Part shown: positions 10,619 through 19,465 of the stretch, one piece after another
Layout of the letters: each line of letters begins with the position of its first letter
Numbering within the stretch: position 1 is the first letter of the stretch
Source: a virus
Taxonomy: Duplodnaviria > Heunggongvirae > Uroviricota > Caudoviricetes
Direction: 5' to 3' (one strand)
IMG/VR virus record: IMGVR_UViG_2684623011_000001
Location: 53,091-117,090 of that record
Length of the DNA: 64,000 nucleotides
Made by a program: the position numbers and the translations under genes
Notes under the pieces: model-generated
Databases searched by the model: none
What the model saw: the letters and a program-made list of their open reading frames with translations, nothing else
Told to the model about the DNA's origin: nothing

Positions 10619-11437
10619 ATGAGAATAAATGAGTGTTATCCAGGATTAGAAGTGGGACATTTAACTCTATTAGAGCAGACACGGTTGCAAGTAGCAGGAG
10701 TCAATAGAACAGCCTATAAATGTAGATGTGACTGTGGTAAGTTGGTTACCCGATCAGTATTAAGTTTACATCCAGGGGCACATTGTGGAGCTAGTTTTCA
10801 TAATCGGAAATATTATCACCCAACTGGTATGTCTAAAGAAGATTTTAGAAAAGTTTATACAACTTGGTATAAGATCAGGACAAGATGCGAAGACCCCAAT
10901 GATAAGGATTATAAACGATACGGCGGGAGAGGCATTACCCTATGCGATGAGTGGCATGACCTAAATAACTTTACCAAATGGTATTGGAAGGAAAGTAATC
11001 ATCAGATTCTTCCGCCTAAGGATCAATCTGTGGATCGTATCGATGTTAATAAAGGATACTCCCCATCAAATTGTCGCCTACTAAATGCGGTTGATCAGTC
11101 CAACAACAAACGAACAAATAAAATAGTTGAAATTGATGGAGAAAAGTTAACGTATGCGGAGGCGGCCAGAAAATATAACGTAAAAAAAGATACAGTAAGA
11201 TGGCGTTACCTACATGGTAAAAGAGGATTAGATTTAGTCGACAAGCATCACAGTCAGAGGCATTATTTCGTAATTCACGGACAGGAAATGACGCTTGCTC
11301 AAATTAACGGAGAATTCGATATTCCAATGACGACACTATGGCATTGGGCTAAAAATAATCATGATTCCATCATAATGGAAAAGAAAATACATACATATCA
11401 GGAGGAACATAAATTTGGCAACAAACAAGCAGTTTAA
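10619..11437 (+). CDS. HNH homing endonuclease (HNH_3 type)
   Basis: SVDRIDVNKGYSPSNCRLLNAVDQSNN HNH motif. N-terminal Cys cluster. Confidence 0.75.
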   Translation: MRINECYPGLEVGHLTLLEQTRLQVAGVNRTAYKCRCDCGKLVTRSVLSLHPGAHCGASFHNRKYYHPTGMSKEDFRKVYTTWYKIRTRCEDPNDKDYKRYGGRGITLCDEWHDLNNFTKWYWKESNHQILPPKDQSVDRIDVNKGYSPSNCRLLNAVDQSNNKRTNKIVEIDGEKLTYAEAARKYNVKKDTVRWRYLHGKRGLDLVDKHHSQRHYFVIHGQEMTLAQINGEFDIPMTTLWHWAKNNHDSIIMEKKIHTYQEEHKFGNKQAV

Positions 11438-12566
11438 TTATCCAGACAAAGAAATATACGAATTTGTACAAAAAGAATTACATAAACGTGGTATTACAGC
11501 ATATTCTATTGGCGAAATTGCATACGAAATGCAACATGAGTATTTACCAGATTATGAAATTAGTGATTTCGCCGAACAGTTCAACGAAGTTCTAAAGAAA
11601 CGAGAAGTACTAAACCTTCTTGCGTTCGCCTTTGAATTGGACAATCTTGCTAATAAAGGCGCATTTAGTGAACCAATCCAATCCATTATTGAAAATGATG
11701 CTGGTTTCTGGCAAATCGATGAAATTTTAGCCTCGTCATTGGCTCAATTATTCGGAATGCTTGCGATTACCAATTATGGATATTTAGATAAAAAGAAATA
11801 CGGAATTGCAAAAGCGCTTGATGGGGCGAATAGCATTACTGTATTCTCGGACGACATTGTTTCTGCTCTTGCGTCAGCAGTAATTGGTCGCTGTGGTCAT
11901 GGTTCCAAGCTGGAGCTTGATGACAATACTGTAGAAGAACCTGCTAATGGCGAATTCAGTGAACTCAAGTTTGTGGTAAACGGTAAAGAAGTGGAACCCC
12001 AGGGTGATTTGGTATATTTTGCAAAGCCTATTAAGAGTGATCGCAGGTTACCTAATTGGGATCTAAATAAGTTTGTACATGATTTAGGAAAAGCAATTTA
12101 CGATTCACGGGAACTCGCTGATAGATTAGAAGAAGAATTCAATCATGATTATTATGTCAACTTGGAAGTAGGTATGGACGACGAATCTACTTGGCAACTA
12201 GTAATCGAACTTCTTGATAACAAAATGAAATTAGTTGATGTTATCAATATTGATGTAGACCATTTCCTTGACTACGTATATCTTGAAGTCGATTCGTCTA
12301 GTGAGTTTGTTGACACGGCACAAATGATTGCTCAATTTGTATTTGAACATGACCTATATCCATATCCAGAGGACAGTAACGATTTAGAAGAATCAGATGA
12401 CGAAGACAATGAACTCGATATGAGTGAAATGACCAAGGCACTTGCTGCAATCACCCCATTATTCATGGAACACTTCAACTCATTGATAAAGTCTGGATCA
12501 CTAGACAGTCTAATTGATATGTTGAGTGACAAAGAAGATAATCGAAAGGATGATGCTAATGAATAA
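11415..12566 (+). CDS. highly acidic hypothetical protein
   Basis: 383 aa with long D/E-rich stretches. TTG start 10 nt after AGGAGG. Confidence 0.5.
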   Translation: MATNKQFNYPDKEIYEFVQKELHKRGITAYSIGEIAYEMQHEYLPDYEISDFAEQFNEVLKKREVLNLLAFAFELDNLANKGAFSEPIQSIIENDAGFWQIDEILASSLAQLFGMLAITNYGYLDKKKYGIAKALDGANSITVFSDDIVSALASAVIGRCGHGSKLELDDNTVEEPANGEFSELKFVVNGKEVEPQGDLVYFAKPIKSDRRLPNWDLNKFVHDLGKAIYDSRELADRLEEEFNHDYYVNLEVGMDDESTWQLVIELLDNKMKLVDVINIDVDHFLDYVYLEVDSSSEFVDTAQMIAQFVFEHDLYPYPEDSNDLEESDDEDNELDMSEMTKALAAITPLFMEHFNSLIKSGSLDSLIDMLSDKEDNRKDDANE

Positions 12567-12921
12567 CGAAACACAAGAAAACATTGATATGAAATTGAGT
12601 CCAGATAATATTTACGGCTACATTTTTACAACCCAGGGCTATTCAGAAGATCAAGACGACAAACGTAAGAAACCGTTATTCTTCTGGAAAGGATTCCATA
12701 TGTATCCACTTGTTGTGCAAAATCCAGAAGACTATGATTTTGAAGATCCAGATTTTGATGCAACGGAATTGGAATTCTTGGTTTGTACAGAAGGTGGAGA
12801 CCAAGATAACTATGAGTATGTTGAAATGAATGCAACAGAACTGCGTGATTTCCTACGTGCGCATCCAGCATTCCGCATGTTCCCAGCAGCAGACTTATTT
12901 GAAGAATTACACGTGATTTAA
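12559..12921 (+). CDS. hypothetical protein
   Basis: Start moved to the ATG after AAGGATG to limit overlap with the upstream gene. Confidence 0.4.
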   Translation: MNNETQENIDMKLSPDNIYGYIFTTQGYSEDQDDKRKKPLFFWKGFHMYPLVVQNPEDYDFEDPDFDATELEFLVCTEGGDQDNYEYVEMNATELRDFLRAHPAFRMFPAADLFEELHVI

Positions 12922-12923
12922 TT

Positions 12924-13547
12924 ATGGCACAATTATTTTTTAAGTATGGAGCTATGAACGCTGGCAAATCATTGTCTCTATTGACTACAGCTCATAATTA
13001 TCAAGAACAAAATAAAGATGTTTTGATCATGACCAGCGCCATTGATGATCGCTATGGCGTTGGGAAGGTTTCAAGTCGAGTAGGATTAAGTTGTGAAGCA
13101 CAACCAATTAAACCAGAAGATAACGTAATTGAATTGATTACAAAGTTATTGAAGTTAGATACAGAAGGAAAAACTGTTTGGCCACACTGTATTTTAATCG
13201 ACGAAGCTGAATTCTTAACTGCACAGCAAGTCGTTGATTTAGCTAATATTGTTGACACATATTATATTCCTATCATTTGCTATGGTTTACGAACCGACTT
13301 TCAATGTAACTTATTTGAAGGATCAAAAACCTTATTCGAGGTAGCAGATAAGTTAGAGGAAATCAAAACAGTTTGTCAATGGTGTGACCATAAAGCAACA
13401 ATGAATTTAAGAATGGTAGATGGCGCCCCAGTCTATGATGGAGATCAAATTCAAATTGGTGATCAGGACTATATTTCGGTTTGCCGCTACCATTACACAA
13501 ATCCAGTAATTAAAGTAACTAAGAAAAATAAAGAAAAGGAAGTATGA
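12924..13547 (+). CDS. tdk: thymidine kinase
   Basis: P-loop GAMNAGKS. DEAEF(L) motif. C-terminal CxxC...C zinc ribbon typical of type II thymidine kinases. Confidence 0.85.
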   Translation: MAQLFFKYGAMNAGKSLSLLTTAHNYQEQNKDVLIMTSAIDDRYGVGKVSSRVGLSCEAQPIKPEDNVIELITKLLKLDTEGKTVWPHCILIDEAEFLTAQQVVDLANIVDTYYIPIICYGLRTDFQCNLFEGSKTLFEVADKLEEIKTVCQWCDHKATMNLRMVDGAPVYDGDQIQIGDQDYISVCRYHYTNPVIKVTKKNKEKEV

Positions 13548-13602
13548 TACTATTTTACTAAACACTAAGAATAACAACGGCGTAAAGATTGCATTAACAG
13601 CT

Positions 13603-14181
13603 ATGGGAGCATTAGCACTCGGTCTTGTAGCAACAGGAACAACAGCAAATGCCGACACAACTATTGACAGCAACCACGTGCAAGTAGAAGCGGGTGACAC
13701 ATTATCTGCAATCGCTCAAAAGTACGGAACGGACGTTGATACTCTTGTGCGTGATAATCATATTGCAAACAAACATTTAATTCACGTAGGAGATAAGTTG
13801 GTTGTTATGCCTGGTGTAAAGAACACCGATGTAAACGGGCAAGATACCGATAATCATGTAACGAACCCTGTAACTACACCAACTAGCGACCAACAAAATA
13901 CTACAACTAATACCACACCAGTTACTCAAACTACAAGCGGTGTTTCAACTGTTACTGACTCAGAAGCAGAAGCTAAAGCATGGATTGCTCAACGCGAATC
14001 TGGTGGTAGCTATACTGCCTCAAACTCACGTTACTATGGCAAGTTCCAACTCGATCTAGCGTACTTAAATGGAGACCTTAGCCCTGAAAATCAAGAAGCT
14101 ACAGCAGATCGGTATGTGGCTCAAAGATACGGTTCGTGGAATGCAGCCAAATCTCATTGGCTCTTGGCCGGATTCTACTAA
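13603..14181 (+). CDS. LysM-domain protein with Apf-like (aggregation-promoting-factor type) C-terminal domain
   Basis: Signal-like N-terminus. LysM (GDTLSAIAQKYGTDVDTL). T/N/Q-rich linker. C-terminus ESGGSYTASNSRYYGKFQLD...YGSWNAAKSHW resembles Lactobacillus Apf and surface proteins. Confidence 0.6.
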   Translation: MGALALGLVATGTTANADTTIDSNHVQVEAGDTLSAIAQKYGTDVDTLVRDNHIANKHLIHVGDKLVVMPGVKNTDVNGQDTDNHVTNPVTTPTSDQQNTTTNTTPVTQTTSGVSTVTDSEAEAKAWIAQRESGGSYTASNSRYYGKFQLDLAYLNGDLSPENQEATADRYVAQRYGSWNAAKSHWLLAGFY

Positions 14182-14184
14182 AAT

Positions 14185-15012
14185 ATGAGTAGAATAGTAA
14201 ATGGAGTAGTGATCTCTAAAAATCCGAGCCATGGAAAGCATGAGGTCAAAGATTATAAAGGTAAAGTATTTGGCGAACTTACCGTTGAAGAGTTTGACCA
14301 CAAAGATAAATGCCATAAAGCTGTGTGGCGTTGTATATGTTCTTGTGGGAAAGAATGTTTAGTACGCTCTAATAATTTGCAAAACGGTCAAATAATTTCA
14401 TGCGGACATATAAATCGACAAATGTCCGCCGAAAAAATAAGAAAAGTTAGTACAACTCATGGCGCCAGTAAAGAACCGTGGTATAACAATTATTCTGCAA
14501 TGCGTCATCGGGTAACTAATCCGAATAGTATAGATGCAAAGTATTATACTCATGAGCGTATTAAAGGAAAGCTCATTGAGCAATCATGGCTAGACGATCC
14601 ATGGGAGTTTTTCAAAGAGATTGGTGAAAAACCTGGGCCGAATTATAGTATCGATAGAATAAATAATAATCTTGGATATATTAAAGGAAATGTGCGTTGG
14701 GCTGACAAACATACTCAAACAGTTAACAGAAACACTGATTCAATCCACAAAAGTAAATCAGGTTACCGCGGAATAACACTTATTCCGAAAGGACGTAACA
14801 GACGAGCTCGCGATTGTTATTATGCACGTATTCGAGTTAATGGAAAGGAAATCAATCTCGGCTACTATGAAAAATTAGAAGACGCAAAGAGGGCAAGATA
14901 TGAGGCTGAGACAAAGTTCGGCTATCCTCATACATTCGAGATTTCAGATAAACGTCCAGATATTAATATTCAAATGATATTACAAAGTAATCGCGAAAAA
15001 AGCATTTCATAA
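14185..15012 (+). CDS. HNH homing endonuclease with AP2 DNA-binding domain
   Basis: YSIDRINNNLGYIKGNVRWADKHTQ HNH_3 motif plus an AP2-like GYRGI...YYARIRVNGKEINLGYYEKLEDAKRARYEAE. Confidence 0.75.
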   Translation: MSRIVNGVVISKNPSHGKHEVKDYKGKVFGELTVEEFDHKDKCHKAVWRCICSCGKECLVRSNNLQNGQIISCGHINRQMSAEKIRKVSTTHGASKEPWYNNYSAMRHRVTNPNSIDAKYYTHERIKGKLIEQSWLDDPWEFFKEIGEKPGPNYSIDRINNNLGYIKGNVRWADKHTQTVNRNTDSIHKSKSGYRGITLIPKGRNRRARDCYYARIRVNGKEINLGYYEKLEDAKRARYEAETKFGYPHTFEISDKRPDINIQMILQSNREKSIS

Positions 15013-15093
15013 TACTCATGGATGGTACTAATTTACAAATGTGATACAATAACATTAAGGAAATCCAAATGCGGATTCCTACCTTCCTAAGAT

Positions 15094-15121
15094 AGCTCCA
15101 CTTTATGTGGGGCTTTTTTAT
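15094..15121 (+). terminator. rho-independent terminator
   Basis: gctccac-tttat-gtggggc stem-loop followed by a T-run. Confidence 0.6.
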
Positions 15122-15264
15122 TTTGCTTATTTTTAGTTAAGAAGTGTTATTTGTTTGTAATAACACTTCCTAATTATCGCTATTTTAGCATCTATTTTTA
15201 TGATAAAATAAAGAGGTGTTATAATTCTATATATCAAAAAATAACACTAGTATTAGGTGGTTTT

Positions 15265-15858
15265 ATGAAACAGTTAGTCTTGCCTATAAAAGACTCTTAT
15301 GTGTTATCTGAAGTACAAGATACGTTATTAAATAACTTTAAATCTGGTGTTAGAAATTACACTATTTTCCAAGTCGGAAAGGCAACCTTACTTCGAGTAA
15401 GTGACGTACTCAGATTGAAACAGGAAGATGTCTATGATAAATATGGTGAGGTAAAAAGAAACGCATTTATTAAAGATAAGAAAACGGGCAAGCAAAATAC
15501 ATTGTATTTAAAACCTGTCCGTGAGGATTTAGAGAATTATAAAAAATGGTTAGAAGAAAATAATTATTATCAAACTACGCCCTGGCTATTTCCATCGACT
15601 ACCAGACCAAATAAACATATCGATGAAAGAAGATATTATACGATTATGCATAAAGTTGGAGATCTCCTGGACATTCCATATCTGGGAACACACACCATGA
15701 GAAAGACTGGAGCATATCGAGTTTACGTACAGAGTAATTATAATATCGGATTAGTTATGTCATTACTCAACCATTCATCAGAAGAAATGACTTTGAGATA
15801 TTTGGGGCTAGACCAAGTGTCTCGAGAAAGACTATTAGATAAAATTAATTTCGGATAA
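15265..15858 (+). CDS. small tyrosine recombinase (integrase-family catalytic domain)
   Basis: Start at MKQLVL after an AGGTGG RBS. R (LLRVSDVLRLK) ... GTHTMRKTGAYRVY (H-x-x-R, Y) catalytic signature. Confidence 0.6.
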   Translation: MKQLVLPIKDSYVLSEVQDTLLNNFKSGVRNYTIFQVGKATLLRVSDVLRLKQEDVYDKYGEVKRNAFIKDKKTGKQNTLYLKPVREDLENYKKWLEENNYYQTTPWLFPSTTRPNKHIDERRYYTIMHKVGDLLDIPYLGTHTMRKTGAYRVYVQSNYNIGLVMSLLNHSSEEMTLRYLGLDQVSRERLLDKINFG

Positions 15859-15867
15859 GGAGATAAT

Positions 15868-16125
15868 ATGCAGCCATTATATATTTTGCAGGGACTTATA
15901 AGTCTCATTATTCTATTTCAAATAATTGCTACTTCACTTTTTAATAGGAAGAAAAAGCATTGGATTGCCATTGCACAAATGAGTTTAAGCGTTGTTGCTT
16001 TAGCTCTTGTCTCAACAGAGTTATTTGTTATTGGACGTGTCAACTTTCCAGTAGTACTTACATTTATTATTCAATGCGCCTTAATTCGTATATTTTGGAA
16101 GACGCTTGGACAGTTCGAAAATTAA
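15868..16125 (+). CDS. small membrane protein
   Basis: 85 aa, hydrophobic. Confidence 0.4.
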   Translation: MQPLYILQGLISLIILFQIIATSLFNRKKKHWIAIAQMSLSVVALALVSTELFVIGRVNFPVVLTFIIQCALIRIFWKTLGQFEN

Positions 16126-16386
16126 CACTATATAATAGGAAGAAACTCGTTCAAAAAGAAAAAATAGTGATTATCGACAGTTCATATATTTATAAGGAAA
16201 AATTTAGAGACATTCGCGATATAATTGCGTCAAAATTGTCGCTAGATAATTAATAAACTTCCGTAGACTCAAAAAATGCTCCTCAGACGAAATGAAAAAT
16301 AAATTAACATATAGTTAATCATTTAGATTACGCTGAGAGGTTATTTTTAATGTTGAGTTGCAAGAAAAACTTCGGTAAAATAAAAA

Positions 16387-16418
16387 GGTGAGATATTTCC
16401 CCCCATAAATATCTCACC
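16387..16418. repeat. perfect 12-bp inverted repeat with C6 loop (ggtgagatattt/aaatatctcacc) followed by CCCC
   Basis: Read directly from the sequence; sits in the intergenic region downstream of the recombinase. Confidence 0.7.
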
Positions 16419-16487
16419 CCCCAATATTCATATACTAAAATATCCCCCAAGAAATTTTAGTGAAAATATGTTTCTTTATAACCTTTT

Positions 16488-16520
16488 GACATCCTACAAT
16501 GAGTAGGATGTCTTTTTTAT
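16488..16520 (+). terminator. rho-independent terminator
   Basis: gacatcctac ... gtaggatgtc plus TTTTTT. Confidence 0.65.
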
Positions 16521-16602
16521 TATTCTCTTTACGAACATATGTACGCATGATATACTTATTATACAAACGAACGTTCGATCAAATTGTTAAAGGATGATTG
16601 TA

Positions 16603-17037
16603 ATGAGTAATAAGATATACCGTGTTTTGGATGAAGAGTCAGGTACTTACATCAGTAAAGTTGCCGGATTTATACGATCAGAAAAATATACAAAAGTTGA
16701 TTCAGCCTATGTCTACAACAAAGAGCAAGCAACAAAGATAGTCAAACTAATGAATTATATGCGTGACCATATGTTGAAAGAAGAAAATTTACCTTCGAAA
16801 TTAGAGGAAAGTCTTCGAAACCAAACTCTTGCCATTATTGAGGTAGAACTAAAAGACGTAAAACTATCTTTAGAAGAAATTAGCAAGGCTCTTGAATCAG
16901 CAAAAGCAAAGAATATACCCGAAGAACAAGCTTTTAGGAATGCTCAATGGGAAAGAATCCGTCGATATCACGACTATTTTGATTACGAGATTAGTACCCC
17001 AAGTCACCAATATATCTATATGCATGATTTCTTTTAG
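16603..17037 (+). CDS. hypothetical protein
   Basis: ORF with start moved to the ATG at MSNKIY. Confidence 0.5.
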   Translation: MSNKIYRVLDEESGTYISKVAGFIRSEKYTKVDSAYVYNKEQATKIVKLMNYMRDHMLKEENLPSKLEESLRNQTLAIIEVELKDVKLSLEEISKALESAKAKNIPEEQAFRNAQWERIRRYHDYFDYEISTPSHQYIYMHDFF

Positions 17038-17051
17038 GAGATGTTTTTTAA

Positions 17052-17441
17052 TTGAAAGGACCAATTTTAAATCCTACTAAAAAATTATTACGAAGAGCCA
17101 ATAGAAAAATAGAAGAAATATACAATCCACGAAAAAAACAAGCTCTATTCGTGTTCACTACTAATCTTGACGGCTATCATCTTACCTATAAAATGAGTTT
17201 AGATACTTTTGCCGCCTTGGGAACGGCAATCTCTCCTGTTATGATAAGTGAAATTCCTGCTAAAGATATAGATAGCAAAGAATATATTTTATTTCTCTTT
17301 TCTATTTACAATAAATGGAACAGGTTACCCATGGTTTTTAGAGGGTATACTCCAGACCAGGTTAAATGGTTTATGAAGAAATTCGGAAATAGAATATATA
17401 ATGAGAAATCTACGGTTGACTGGTGGCGTAATACTTATTAA
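17052..17441 (+). CDS. hypothetical protein
   Basis: 129-aa ORF. Confidence 0.5.
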   Translation: MKGPILNPTKKLLRRANRKIEEIYNPRKKQALFVFTTNLDGYHLTYKMSLDTFAALGTAISPVMISEIPAKDIDSKEYILFLFSIYNKWNRLPMVFRGYTPDQVKWFMKKFGNRIYNEKSTVDWWRNTY

Positions 17442-17704
17442 ATAGCTATTTTGGTGTTATAATATAATTGGAGTATTATACATCGCACAGTTAAAACATA
17501 ATAAAAAATAGGTATCTATCATTACCTCAATTGTGAAGTATTTAATAGATACCTTTTTATTATTTCTATCAATTATCCTCTTGCGCAGTACACAAACCAC
17601 CAATTTTATCATAACACTGAAATAATACTATGATCAAGTAGAACAAATAGGGTATAATATACCTAGTTACTATTTAAAGTAACTATTTTCATCTTCATTG
17701 AAGC

Positions 17705-17741
17705 TCCAGGACATCTTCCCAGTCCTGGACTTCTTTTTTTT
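17705..17741 (+). terminator. rho-independent terminator (tccaggac ... gtcctgga, T8)
   Basis: Stem-loop plus T-run. Overlaps the stop of the convergent minus-strand gene. Confidence 0.55.
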
Positions 17742-18261
17742 ATCTGAATCCATAAAGAAACTGAACATACGAAAAAGAAGTTACCATATTGTCTCCAAAT
17801 CCATCTAACATGTTTTTATTATCCAAGATAGGATATACCTTAATTCTCAATCCGATTAGTTCCTTATCAGAAAAACTGTCTAAATGTTCATATACAGCTC
17901 GTGGTGAAGTAAACCATGTAGACTCTAAGTCTTTTACAACCTCGAACTTATAGTTGATTAGATGAACTTCAATGTTTTCCTTGCGTTTAATAGTTACTCG
18001 GAGCTTTCTAGAGAACTTCCATTCACCATATTTCATTCGTCCATGCATAGGTATTGATTGTTCTTGTCTTAAAGCAATCCACTTCTTGATTTGCATTCCC
18101 TTAGGGCGTGGCTGAAATTTCATAGTTCGTGCAAACTTTTCTTTTAATTGTTCTCTAGTCAAACTAGTTGATTTACGTTCTAATTCCTTAATTCGTTTTT
18201 GTAATTGTTCATATTCTTGCATTTCTTCTGGGGATAAATTTAATTTATTCATATTTTTCAC
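17740..18261 (-). CDS. hypothetical protein, left copy of an inverted paralog pair
   Basis: 173 aa. Basic coiled-coil N-terminus (LSPEEMQEYEQLQKRIKELERKS). Roughly 60 percent identical to the 18851-19390 product. Confidence 0.6.
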   Translation of the reverse strand: MKNMNKLNLSPEEMQEYEQLQKRIKELERKSTSLTREQLKEKFARTMKFQPRPKGMQIKKWIALRQEQSIPMHGRMKYGEWKFSRKLRVTIKRKENIEVHLINYKFEVVKDLESTWFTSPRAVYEHLDSFSDKELIGLRIKVYPILDNKNMLDGFGDNMVTSFSYVQFLYGFR

Positions 18262-18497
18262 CTCAAAAAAAATATATCATACTCAGATTAAAAAGTACGC
18301 AAATTTCAGTAATTGCTGAAAATGAAGTGAAATGCAGAAATTTTTGAAATTCTATTGACATCTTCATTTACAATACTAACTTTATAAAACATTCATTTTA
18401 TTTAATCAAAGTAGGACATGTATGTAGTATTGACGGAAAAGCAATTAGAACTGGTACAAAGCATTAAATTTAAGTGTGTGTTTTATTGACAATTTAT

Positions 18498-18526
18498 AGT
18501 TAATAATGTACTGTACTAGTGTACAG
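18498..18526 (+). promoter_or_regulatory. sigma-70-like promoter (TTGACA, 17-nt spacer, TACTGT)
   Basis: Consensus -35, 17-bp spacer and a TAnnnT -10, located in the spacer between the inverted paralogs. Confidence 0.4.
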
Positions 18527-18533
18527 AAAAAGC

Positions 18534-18643
18534 AATTACGATTTTTGCCTTTACGTAATTGCCCTCAATGCTAAACCACATTGCTGTGCGTCTTGATTGT
18601 ACCTTGCTTGACGGAGCAAGGTTTTTTTATTTTAAATTTTTAA
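18534..18643 (+). ncRNA. putative small RNA (about 105 nt) with a 9-bp hairpin (gcaattacg/cgtaattgc) and an intrinsic terminator
   Basis: Promoter upstream. Perfect hairpin at 18544-18573. Terminator ccttgct-tgacgg-agcaagg plus T7 at 18614-18640. No ORF. Confidence 0.4.
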
Positions 18644-18850
18644 TTAATGGTAGCGAATAAAGGTTGTTTCTTCAATGTAACAGTATTTTTTGTCGCATTA
18701 AAACAAAAATTTTAATGACTGGTTAACAACGGATAATATACTCCCTATTTTGTCAATAGAACTTCAATAATTTCTGAAATTTAACACGATTTCAGTGATT
18801 ACTAAAATTGTCGTACTTTTCGACAAGTCTATGATATATTTATTGTCGAG

Positions 18851-19390
18851 GTGAACGACATGGAAAAACAAAATTTAACCCCGGAAGAATTACTAGAATA
18901 TAAGCAATTAAAAACAAGAATTAAAGAGCTTGAACGCAAATCAAATGGTTTAACCCGAAAGCAACTAAAAGAAAAATTTGCAAAGATTATGAAATTTAAC
19001 CCTCGTCCTAAAGGTATGCGTATTAAAAAATGGCAAGAGTCGAGACGTAAGTCTGCAATAACAATGCACGGACAAATGAAGTATGGGGAATGGGCTTTTT
19101 CAAGGAAATTTAGAGTAACCATTAAGTATAAAAAGACTATAGAACTCTATTCAATCACCTACAGCTTTGAAGTATTGCACGGGAATGAACGTTTATTATT
19201 TACATCAGCTAAAGCAGTTTATAATTACCTTGACAAACTCTCCAAAAAAGAATTAATAGGACTTCGTATTCAGGTATATCCTTTATTAGATAACAAAAAT
19301 ATGCTTGACGGTTTTGGTCATATAATGGTAGCGTCTTATTCTTATGTTGGTTTTCTCTACCATGATAGTGGCATCTATAATTCTCTATAA
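18851..19390 (+). CDS. hypothetical protein, right copy of the inverted paralog pair
   Basis: 179 aa. MEKQNLTPEELLEYKQLKTRIKELERKS... paralog of 17740-18261. Its upstream region is also inverted-repeated with that of the left copy. Confidence 0.6.
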   Translation: MNDMEKQNLTPEELLEYKQLKTRIKELERKSNGLTRKQLKEKFAKIMKFNPRPKGMRIKKWQESRRKSAITMHGQMKYGEWAFSRKFRVTIKYKKTIELYSITYSFEVLHGNERLLFTSAKAVYNYLDKLSKKELIGLRIQVYPLLDNKNMLDGFGHIMVASYSYVGFLYHDSGIYNSL

Positions 19391-19465
19391 AATAAAAAGC
19401 CCAGGAATAACCTGGACTCTGGGAAAAATAAGATACTTTATCATTGGAGAAGTATCTTATCTTTA

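Noticed and set aside
12332-14583. Minus-strand ORFs overlapping the acidic protein, tdk, LysM and HNH genes (12332-12574, 12626-12967, 13052-13258, 13407-13700, 14065-14316, 14398-14583)
   Set aside because: They are antisense to genes with recognised domains. Their composition is S/L/I-rich and non-protein-like.
15960-16253. ORF overlapping the 15868-16125 membrane-protein gene
   Set aside because: The N-terminal two thirds are in an alternative frame of a hydrophobic gene. A possible 59-aa remnant starting at 16074 was left unannotated for lack of an RBS.
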